From IMG/VR virus record IMGVR_UViG_3300025141_000072, positions 2,040 through 66,039 of that record: 64,000 nucleotides of DNA, one strand, 5' to 3'. A model generated the notes under the pieces. It saw nothing but the letters and a program-made list of their open reading frames with translations, ran no database searches and was not told where the DNA came from. Numbering within the stretch: position 1 is the first letter of the stretch; each line of letters starts with the position of its first letter. Shown here one piece after another: positions 56,418 to 64,000 of this stretch. Position numbers and translations under genes: made by a program. This stretch comes from a virus. Its lineage: Duplodnaviria > Caudoviricetes.

Positions 56418-57589
56418 CCTACGACGTCCCGGCACTCGACGTCTCGGGCGTCCCGCCCGTGCGCTTCTCCGCCGACTTCGCCTCGCCCACGGGCTACGCG
56501 AACGACGCGCGGATGCTGGCCTACGCGCTCATCCAGGCCGGCGTGGACGTGACGCTCGATGCCATCCCGATGGACCGAGGCTCTGCCGACTACGGACCGG
56601 TCGCCGAGGTACTCCGTCCGCACTTCGGGCGCGAGCTGGACACACCGATCCAGATCATGGACACCGTGCCCAATTTCTGGCCGACGTACCGGAAGAAGAG
56701 CGCGTATGCGATCGCCCGGCTGGCCTGGGAGACCGACACGACGCCGGCGGACTGGACGCGACTCGCCGAGCGCACGTGCATCGACGAGGTCTGGGCGCCC
56801 AGCTCGTTCAACACGAGCGTGCTGTCGGACGGCCTGTCGCTCCCGAGCTTCGTCGTCCCCATGGCGCACGACCTCGACTTCATGGATCAGCACGGCGAGG
56901 GGTTGGACCTGCGTGAGCAGGGCATCGCCGACGACGTCTTCGTGTTCCTGTCCGTCGGCACCTGGATCAAGCGGAAGAACTTCGAGGGACTGCTCGCGGC
57001 CTACTGCGCGGAGTTCGGACCGGACGAGCCGGTGCACCTGGTCCTCAAGATCAACAGCGGTCGTGTCGATGCGGCCGGCCGCGCGGCGGTCGAGGCCGAA
57101 GTCGCGGAGATCCTGATCAGCCTCGGCGCCGATCGCCGGCTGCCTCCGATCACGATCCTGCAGCAGCACCTACCGACCGCCGAGATGATCGGCCTGTACC
57201 GCCGGGCGCAGTGCGGCGTGTTCCCGACGCACGGCGAGGGCTGGGGACTGCCGATCAGTGAGATGATGGCCTGCGGCACGTCGTCAATCGTGACCGGCTG
57301 GGGCGGCGTGCTCGAGTTCTGCACCGAGGAGACCGCGCACCTGCTGCCGTACCAGCCGACGCCTGTCCGCGGGATGCAGCCGATGCCGTGGTACGACGTC
57401 CGCCACAGCTGGGCCGAGCCCGACCTGACCGCGCTCCGCGCCCGCATGCGCGAGGTCGCAGAGAGTCGTGATGCTTGGCAGAAGGTTGGCTGGCAGGCCA
57501 AGCGCCATGTTCAGGAGCGGTTCGGTATGCGCGCTGTCGCGCAGCGCATGATCTACCGGCTGCGCGCGATCGCCGCGGAGCACCTCTAG
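56414..57589 (+). CDS. glycosyltransferase, GT4/GT-B
   Basis: TGYA, WET, RKNFEGLL, THGEGWGLPISEMMACG. Confidence 0.9.
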   Translation: MTYDVPALDVSGVPPVRFSADFASPTGYANDARMLAYALIQAGVDVTLDAIPMDRGSADYGPVAEVLRPHFGRELDTPIQIMDTVPNFWPTYRKKSAYAIARLAWETDTTPADWTRLAERTCIDEVWAPSSFNTSVLSDGLSLPSFVVPMAHDLDFMDQHGEGLDLREQGIADDVFVFLSVGTWIKRKNFEGLLAAYCAEFGPDEPVHLVLKINSGRVDAAGRAAVEAEVAEILISLGADRRLPPITILQQHLPTAEMIGLYRRAQCGVFPTHGEGWGLPISEMMACGTSSIVTGWGGVLEFCTEETAHLLPYQPTPVRGMQPMPWYDVRHSWAEPDLTALRARMREVAESRDAWQKVGWQAKRHVQERFGMRAVAQRMIYRLRAIAAEHL

Positions 57590-58440
57590 TGCGCGTCGTA
57601 CTCGCCACCATCGCGCTGAACGAGGCCGAGTTCATCGGTCGCCAGCTGGAGCAGCACCGGAACTGGCCTGGGCTGGTCGGGTGGGTCTGGGTCGAGGGCG
57701 CCGCGGAGCACTACGGCCGGCAGCACCCAAAGGCCGTGACCGACGATGGCCGCTCGGTCGACGCGACGTCCCGGCTGCTGGCTGAGGCAGCACAGCGCGA
57801 CCCCTGCATCCGCTACGTGGCGCACGGCTGGGCGCGCGGGAACGAGCGGGGCATGGGCGGCCAGAAGATCCAGCTCCGCAATGCGTACTGCAAGGTCGCT
57901 GACGAGCTCGACGCTGACGTCCTGATCGTCATCGACGCGGACGAGTTCTACTCGAAGGATGACCAGGAGCGGATCTTGGACATCATGGCGACGCGTGGCA
58001 CCGACTACGACGCGTTCCTCTTCCGCCAGCGACACCTGTGGCGGCCGCCGTCGATGCTCGGGGCCGACTCGACGCTGGAAGTCACCGGCGGCTACTGGGC
58101 CGTGCCGCACGTGCGCGTGTGGTGGTACGAGCGGGGCGCCCGGTACCAGAACCACAATCACCTCGCCCTGCCTGGCCAGTGCTACAACCCGAAGCGCTTG
58201 TATCGACCGCAGCCCGGCGACCCCGAATGTCTCCACCTCGGCTTCGCCCGCGACCCCCGTCATCGGCTGCGCACGAACGCCTACTACGTCGCGCGCGGTG
58301 AGGGGCGCGAGCGGGGCTTCAACCGGCAGCACTACGTCGACTGTCGCGACGCCTGGGCGACGTGGCTGCCCGACACGCAACTGCCGAACGGCGCCAAGGT
58401 CGCCGCGTTCGAGGCCGCGCTGCCCGAGGTGCTGCGATGA
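57589..58440 (+). CDS. glycosyltransferase, GT2/GT-A-like
   Basis: IALNEAEFI, SVDAT, IDADEFY (DxD), HLGFA. Confidence 0.85.
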   Translation: MRVVLATIALNEAEFIGRQLEQHRNWPGLVGWVWVEGAAEHYGRQHPKAVTDDGRSVDATSRLLAEAAQRDPCIRYVAHGWARGNERGMGGQKIQLRNAYCKVADELDADVLIVIDADEFYSKDDQERILDIMATRGTDYDAFLFRQRHLWRPPSMLGADSTLEVTGGYWAVPHVRVWWYERGARYQNHNHLALPGQCYNPKRLYRPQPGDPECLHLGFARDPRHRLRTNAYYVARGEGRERGFNRQHYVDCRDAWATWLPDTQLPNGAKVAAFEAALPEVLR

Positions 58441-59504
58441 CGAGCTACACGCGCATCGGGCTCGTCGGCTACTGCTGCGCCACAGGGCTCGGCTACGAGA
58501 ACCGCCGCATGTGGGCCGGCCTACCCGACGTGCACTGGCTCATCTGGCCGCACGACCTGCTCGGCGTCGAGGACCAGGCCGCGCTGGAGCAGTCCTTCGC
58601 GGCTGACAACGGCATGCTCAATTACGACGTCGTGTACGCCGAGAGCTCGAACGCGCGGCTGCTCGCTGTCGACGCGTTCCTCGACAGCGTCGACGTGGTC
58701 GTCTGCGCCGAGCGGCCGTTCCCGGATGACCTGTTCGCGCGGGCGCGTGCCCGCGGCGTCCGCACTGTTCTACTCGTCAACCCGGAGTGGCGACTCGGTG
58801 AGTCGTGGTCCGAGGCGGACGTCGTCATCGCGCGCACGTCGGTCTGCCATCGCGTCGTGCAGCAGGTGACCGGCCGCCGCGACGTCCAGCTCATCCCCTG
58901 CCCGCTCGACATCGAGCAGCTGCCCTTCACGCACACGCTCCGAGCAGATTGGGGTCTGTACTCGCATGGGTGGGGCGGCGTGCACGATCGCAAGGGCTGG
59001 CCCACGATCCGTGCGCTGCTGCGGGCCGTGCCGACCGCGCCGATCGCCGTGAGGTCGCAACGGGAGCTGCCCGACTCGCCAGTGCCGATTCATCCCGCGG
59101 TGGCGACGCCGGCGGACCTGTATGACCCGAACGGTGAGGTCTCGGCGGACGTCGCGATTCAGCCGTCCCGGTTCGAGGGCGTTGGGCTCGCCGTGCTGGA
59201 GGCGATGGCCTGCGGCCTGCCCGTGCTCACCACTGACGCCGCGCCGATGAACGAGTACGTGCATGCGGCCTACAAGAATCTCGCGCATTATGCGCTGCTC
59301 GAGATCGAGCGCACCGAGCTCGTGCCCATGTGGGCGCCGTGGCCGTCGCATCTCGTGGAGCCGGCGACCGTGGCGCAGGCCATGTCCGAGCTGCAGGCGC
59401 ACCCCGAGGTCGTCGCCGAGCTGTCGATGCGCGGCCGCGCCTACGTCGTGGCGCATCACGGGCGGCCTGCGTGGGACGCGCTGCGGGAGGCGATCGTCGG
59501 ATGA
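58437..59504 (+). CDS. glycosyltransferase, GT4/GT-B
   Basis: TGLG, DRKG, PSRFEGVGLAVLEAMACGLPV. Confidence 0.9.
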   Translation: MTSYTRIGLVGYCCATGLGYENRRMWAGLPDVHWLIWPHDLLGVEDQAALEQSFAADNGMLNYDVVYAESSNARLLAVDAFLDSVDVVVCAERPFPDDLFARARARGVRTVLLVNPEWRLGESWSEADVVIARTSVCHRVVQQVTGRRDVQLIPCPLDIEQLPFTHTLRADWGLYSHGWGGVHDRKGWPTIRALLRAVPTAPIAVRSQRELPDSPVPIHPAVATPADLYDPNGEVSADVAIQPSRFEGVGLAVLEAMACGLPVLTTDAAPMNEYVHAAYKNLAHYALLEIERTELVPMWAPWPSHLVEPATVAQAMSELQAHPEVVAELSMRGRAYVVAHHGRPAWDALREAIVG

Positions 59505-60514
59505 GGATTCACGTCGTCACGCACGAAGACATGGACGGGTTCCTGTGGGGCGTGCTCGAGGGCTGGCTCAACAGCGGCGCGTGCGCTGACCACGAGGTCC
59601 GCGTGAGCAGCGACCGCACGCTGCTTGGTCCAGCGTCGCCCGACTTCTGGGAGACGCTCCCCCGCACCGACGCGATCCTGTTCTGCGTGACCAGCGCGAA
59701 GTCCACGCACGCGCCGCGCGCCTTCGACACCATCGCCAAGCACGACCTGTGGAAGCACGTGGTGCACTCGGACTACGTCCACAACACCAAGCTCAAGTAC
59801 CCGAAGCTCGCCGAGCGTTGCGGGCGCCTCCTCGTCGGCAAGCGCTTCAAGTACCTGCGCTGCTGCAAGGACTGGGACCACGCCGAGTGGCTCCCGCGCA
59901 CCGGCATTCAGCAGCGCACGTTGCGGTACGCGCCGCCGTTGCCCTGGTTACAGTGGAAGGACCTGCCGGTCGTCGGCGTCTATCACACATTCAAGGCGGC
60001 GCAGAAGCACCGGCTCCCGTGGTTGAAGGCTGCCGCTGAGACGTTGCAGGGCGGCGTGCTCGGCTCGGTCGCGACGCGGCCGTTGCTCGAGCAGCAACCT
60101 CTGTTGCAGCGGGTCTACGGCACGCGTCACAGCAGCGACTACTTGGAGCAGGCGTCGCGTGCGCGTATCGGCCTGTACCTCATGGGCGGTACGGCGCTCG
60201 GTCACCAGTTCTGGGAGTACGCCGCGCTCGGCTGCGCCATCGTCGCGCAGCACGCGAGTACGCATCCGTTGACGGAAGAGGACACGCAGGAGTGGGAGCA
60301 CTTCAGCGAGGCTCGCGGTGAGTCGCTGGTCGAGGGCGAGGACTTCGTCTACTTCAAGACGGAGGACGAGCTGCGGTCGGTGCTCGCCGAGCTGCACCAC
60401 GACCCGGAGCGCTGCGCGCTGATGGCGAAGCGTGTCCGGCGCAAGACGCAGCCGTTCTGCAGCATCGCTCGCAGCTTGCATGTGCTGCGGGCACTGCAGG
60501 GGGTGTCACGATGA
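59501..60514 (+). CDS. glycosyltransferase-like protein (CgeB/Glyco_trans_1_2 type)
   Basis: YLEQASRARIGL, FWEYAALGCAIV, GEDFVYF...EL. Confidence 0.7.
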   Translation: MRIHVVTHEDMDGFLWGVLEGWLNSGACADHEVRVSSDRTLLGPASPDFWETLPRTDAILFCVTSAKSTHAPRAFDTIAKHDLWKHVVHSDYVHNTKLKYPKLAERCGRLLVGKRFKYLRCCKDWDHAEWLPRTGIQQRTLRYAPPLPWLQWKDLPVVGVYHTFKAAQKHRLPWLKAAAETLQGGVLGSVATRPLLEQQPLLQRVYGTRHSSDYLEQASRARIGLYLMGGTALGHQFWEYAALGCAIVAQHASTHPLTEEDTQEWEHFSEARGESLVEGEDFVYFKTEDELRSVLAELHHDPERCALMAKRVRRKTQPFCSIARSLHVLRALQGVSR

Positions 60515-61692
60515 ATTGGCGTCGTGCAGAGATCGTAGACAGGAACACGATTCACTGGAGCGCGCCGACCAGCGTGTCGGTCCCCGCGCTGCGCACGCGG
60601 GAAGGTAACAGGACTATCCAGGTCGTGCCCGCGAAGGTCCGCAGCACGACAGACGACGGTCCGCCTGTCGTGCTCCTGCCGCTGTACGAACGCGTGACGC
60701 ATTATCACGGCATGATCAGGAACCAACTGCTGCGTATCGCTGCAGAGTTGCGTGTGCGCCAGCGTACCTTCCGTGTGCTCATTCCCGGCTACGCGCGTTC
60801 AACGATTCCCGTGATGCCCACGCCGCGTGGGCCTGAGTTGCCGATGCTGCAGCATGTTGAGGCACTGACGGGGCACGCGCCGTTGTTCTTGGATGACCTG
60901 CCGGCCGGCACGACGTTCGGGCGCTTTGCCGTAGCTGCAGCACCCACGGCGGAGATGGAGTCTCGTGCACTCCTGGGTCCCTGCGCGCTCGAGGCGGCCG
61001 CACCTTTAATGGAGCTGCGCAAGCGCACGCGCGCGCATCTCGGACTACCACAGGGTCCTGCGTGGTCGCGGGACGTCCGCCCGGTTGCCGTCGTGCTCGA
61101 CCGGGCTGATCGACGCTGTCCCGTGCCGGAAGATGCGGCGTGGCTCGACGCGACGCTTGCAGGCGCGGGGTTCGACGTTGAGCACATCGAGCCACTGGCT
61201 GTGGAGTTTGCTTTACGGATAGCGACCTTTGCTCGCGCGGCGCTATTTATCAGTGTGCACGGCGCTGGGACAGCCAACCTCATGTGGCAGAACGCCGGCG
61301 CGGTCGCCATCGAGCTGACGACTTGGGAAGGGCGATCGGCGATCTACCGAAATGCGGCCGTGCTCGCAGGCGTGCACTTCTTCACGAGCGAGGCGGTGGA
61401 GCCTCCGCGGCGCGAGGACTGGCCGACCACGTATCGCGACCGGGCCAACCCCGCTGTCCAAAAAGCCGTGCGTGCTGGCGTGGATTCTGGCAAGCCCGTC
61501 GCTGAGTGGCCTGTGCGGAACGCGCGGCTGTGGATTAGTACCAGCTCGCCGCTACGGCTCGACCGCTCACGTCTGCGCCTGCAGATTGAAGAGGCTCGAT
61601 CCCGGCTCGGGCTCCGAGACCTTCTAGGGCCGTGGGGCCGAAGCAGCCAGCCCGCAGACCGCTGGCTGACCGTCCCGCCGGGGGCGAAATGA
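60511..61692 (+). CDS. GT61-family glycosyltransferase
   Basis: HYHG, DRADRR, ISVHGAGTANLMW...AVAIEL. Confidence 0.75.
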   Translation: MNWRRAEIVDRNTIHWSAPTSVSVPALRTREGNRTIQVVPAKVRSTTDDGPPVVLLPLYERVTHYHGMIRNQLLRIAAELRVRQRTFRVLIPGYARSTIPVMPTPRGPELPMLQHVEALTGHAPLFLDDLPAGTTFGRFAVAAAPTAEMESRALLGPCALEAAAPLMELRKRTRAHLGLPQGPAWSRDVRPVAVVLDRADRRCPVPEDAAWLDATLAGAGFDVEHIEPLAVEFALRIATFARAALFISVHGAGTANLMWQNAGAVAIELTTWEGRSAIYRNAAVLAGVHFFTSEAVEPPRREDWPTTYRDRANPAVQKAVRAGVDSGKPVAEWPVRNARLWISTSSPLRLDRSRLRLQIEEARSRLGLRDLLGPWGRSSQPADRWLTVPPGAK

Positions 61693-62276
61693 CGCCGCCT
61701 ATCGACGCCGTGCCGTGGTTCGCGCAAGGTGCCGTGGAGTATCTCGATGCGATCCTCTCTGCGCACGAGCCCGCGCCGCGCGTACTCGAGTTCGGCGCTG
61801 GCGGTTCCAGCGTTTGGCTCGCATCACGCTGCGCACGTCTCATCTCCATCGAGAGCTCAGCCGCGTGGGCGGACAGCGTACGCGACGGCCTCAAGCTGCT
61901 CGGGGCCGACCATGCCACCGTGCTGTTAGTCGAAGCAGACGACCCCGCAGACTTCGACCCGGCCTACCGCGGCGTACGTGACCACTCGTACCGTGCCTAT
62001 GTAACGGCAGGTCGGCAGGCCGTCGACGCGCAACTTGATGGACGGGTCGACCTGCTCCTCGTGGACGGGCGCGCGCGGGTTGCCTGCGTCCGTGATTGCG
62101 CTGCGCTAGTTCGACCTGGCGGGACGCTGCTCCTCGACAACGCGGATCGACGGCGCTACGCGCCTGCGATCTCGTTCCTAGCAAGTGCAGGCTGGCAACG
62201 GATGGCGCAGTTCACCGCGAGCTTTGGCCGCGCGCCGGTGACTGAATTTTGGGTGCGGCCGGAGGGTGCAAGATGA
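61689..62276 (+). CDS. class I SAM-dependent methyltransferase
   Basis: VLEFGAGGSSVW, SIES, DLLLVDGRARVAC, GGTLLLDN. Confidence 0.85.
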   Translation: MTPPIDAVPWFAQGAVEYLDAILSAHEPAPRVLEFGAGGSSVWLASRCARLISIESSAAWADSVRDGLKLLGADHATVLLVEADDPADFDPAYRGVRDHSYRAYVTAGRQAVDAQLDGRVDLLLVDGRARVACVRDCAALVRPGGTLLLDNADRRRYAPAISFLASAGWQRMAQFTASFGRAPVTEFWVRPEGAR

Positions 62277-62842
62277 CAACGCCGATGAACAAGAAGATCC
62301 AGGCCACCAAAGCAGCAATGGCTCATGTTTCGGGCTACGCAGACATCAACACGTTTGTCGAGACGGGGACGGCGTTCGCCACAACCACGGTAGCTGCGTT
62401 GGAGATCTTCACCGAGGTGCACTCCATCGATTTGTCGCCCGAGTTGCACAAGCGCGCGGTGGAGCAGCACGGCGACCGTGCCGGTTTGACCTTCCACTTC
62501 GGCGACAGCGCTGAGGTCTTGCCACGAGTGCTAGCGGGGATCGACCGACCTGTAGTGGTGCTCCTCGACGCGCACTACTGCCTGGGTTTCGGAGGGAAGG
62601 CCGCGAAGAAGACCTTCCCGTTGTGGGCCGAGCTGGACGTGTTCAAAGCGCGTAAGCACGCGGACCTCGTGCTCGTCGATGACATCCACACGTTCGGCCG
62701 TGACCGGCAGGACATCCGCGTGACCAACGGTGTTGAGTGGGAGGGCGTGACGCCGCAGGCGCTCGTCAAGCACATGGGCGATCGGCTCGTAGCGCACGCG
62801 CCGTTTCGCGACCAGTACGCGCTGTACCTCAGCGCGGAGTAG
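62273..62842 (+). CDS. SAM-methyltransferase-like protein
   Basis: FVETGT, HSIDL, GDS..VL, LDAH, LVDD. Confidence 0.75.
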   Translation: MTTPMNKKIQATKAAMAHVSGYADINTFVETGTAFATTTVAALEIFTEVHSIDLSPELHKRAVEQHGDRAGLTFHFGDSAEVLPRVLAGIDRPVVVLLDAHYCLGFGGKAAKKTFPLWAELDVFKARKHADLVLVDDIHTFGRDRQDIRVTNGVEWEGVTPQALVKHMGDRLVAHAPFRDQYALYLSAE

Positions 62843-62850
62843 ACCGCTTG

Positions 62851-63810
62851 CTAGTTGCACCCGTCACAGATGGACAGCTTGCGCCGGCCGCCCTGCGCGC
62901 GCGTCGTCTGGTACAGCTCGCTGTTGACGATCTTCAGCAGACTGCCGACCTCCACGACGTTGCCGAGCTCCAACTCGTAGTTCATGTCGTGGCAGCAGAT
63001 GGTGACGTTGCCGTGTGGGCTGATCGACGGGCGTCTGGCATGTCGGCAGCCGCCGCGATTGCTGACCAGTCGCTGCTTGCCGTTGACGTTCTTGGCGGTC
63101 ACGCGCGCGCGCCAGATGCGGTTCGTCGGCAGCGCGGTCAGCGCCTCCTCATGCTGCTCCTCGGTCATCGCGCCGATCTTGTAGAGGCCCAGCTGCTTCG
63201 GGCGCCACTGCGGCAAGCCGTAGGCTGCGAGCTGCTTGCCCAGTGCATCGAGCTCGTGCTCGTTCCACGCGGTGACGATCGACGCTCCCGTGGTGAACAG
63301 CCCTGGTGTGCTGTTGCGTCCGCCCAGCTGCTCGTCGCGCCGTGTGACGATCGCGCCGAGCGCCTGCAGGTTTTGCTTCTGCTGGCTGAGGTTGATCCGG
63401 CCTGCGATCTTGAGCGCCGATTCCTTCTCCAGCGAGTCGACCTCGTACACGATGCGGAGCTGGTGGCCGTGCGACTTGAACATGTCGGCCAGTGCCTCGA
63501 TCCGCTCCCAGTCGACGGACACGGCAAGTTTGCTTGCGATCTCCGCCGTCATGCCGCGACTGGCGACGTGCTCCAGCAACTCGTAGATGTCGGGGTGCGC
63601 GAAGGACTCGCCGGCCTGGTAGACGATGGCGCGACCGAAACCTTCAGCCTGCATGATGTCGATGATCTGCTTGAACATCGGCGTGGGCATGACGGCGTTG
63701 GTTCCGGTTTGCCAACGCTGGTGGTGGCAATACACACAGCGATGCGGGCAGATGGAACAGACATCGACCAGGCTGGTCTTCGGGCGCCAGGGGTACTGTT
63801 CGGTGGACAC
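62851..63810 (-). CDS. radical SAM protein with SPASM/Twitch domain
   Basis: CPHRCVYC, GESF.HP, ISPHGNVTICCHD, LGNV, ICDGC. Confidence 0.9.
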   Translation of the reverse strand: MSTEQYPWRPKTSLVDVCSICPHRCVYCHHQRWQTGTNAVMPTPMFKQIIDIMQAEGFGRAIVYQAGESFAHPDIYELLEHVASRGMTAEIASKLAVSVDWERIEALADMFKSHGHQLRIVYEVDSLEKESALKIAGRINLSQQKQNLQALGAIVTRRDEQLGGRNSTPGLFTTGASIVTAWNEHELDALGKQLAAYGLPQWRPKQLGLYKIGAMTEEQHEEALTALPTNRIWRARVTAKNVNGKQRLVSNRGGCRHARRPSISPHGNVTICCHDMNYELELGNVVEVGSLLKIVNSELYQTTRAQGGRRKLSICDGCN

Positions 63811-63839
63811 GCGGCCGACTGTAGCACGCAGGTGTTCGC

Positions 63840-64000
63840 ATGATCCGCTACGCCGAAAAGGTCGGGCGCGCTGTGTCTCTACGACGCTGCGTCCCCGAGC
63901 TGCTCACGGCCGGCGAGCGCTCCGTCCTGTACGTCGGCGCGCGGGCGTCGCGGACCGAGTTCGCGGCGGAGCTGGCCGCGGCCGGCGCGGTCATCGACGT
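63840..64000 (+). CDS. partial methyltransferase-like protein (runs off window)
   Basis: MIRYAEK...SVLYVGA, resembling SAM-binding motif I. Confidence 0.45.
   Translation, partial: MIRYAEKVGRAVSLRRCVPELLTAGERSVLYVGARASRTEFAAELAAAGAVID

Noticed and set aside
1-64000. tRNA, rRNA, integrase, transposase, reverse transcriptase/DGR
   Set aside because: No recognisable motifs seen by eye; a tRNAscan/Infernal run would be needed to exclude RNAs fully
1-64000. Stop-codon reassignment
   Set aside because: TAG, TGA and TAA all end genes at sensible boundaries, and conserved proteins are uninterrupted in code 11

Overview
A 64 kb segment of a large, very GC-rich tailed phage or prophage (Caudoviricetes). 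The head module is SPO1/Twort-like, and one small protein hints at a Myxococcota host. Two arms diverge from a regulatory zone at about 26.7-28.7 kb. The left arm (minus strand, 1-28.1 kb) holds a RecD2-like helicase, an AT-rich iteron-bearing putative origin and many short translationally coupled early genes. It also carries a DNA-modification set: a DpdA/TGT-like enzyme fused to an McrA-like head, a Mom-like enzyme, a C5-methyltransferase split over two fully overlapping frames plus a second partial copy, along with Imm, RadC/JAB and a beta-clamp-like protein. The right arm (plus strand) holds a response regulator, small genes, a LexA-like HTH, intein-containing terminase, portal, a 2H-phosphoesterase, prohead protease, scaffold, major capsid and Gly/Thr-rich decoration/fibre proteins. 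It ends with six glycosyltransferases, methyltransferases and a radical SAM enzyme, the best candidate for a new system (virion glycan synthesis). All calls come from reading motifs by eye; no searches were run. Many starts were re-picked from RBS and stop/start overlaps.
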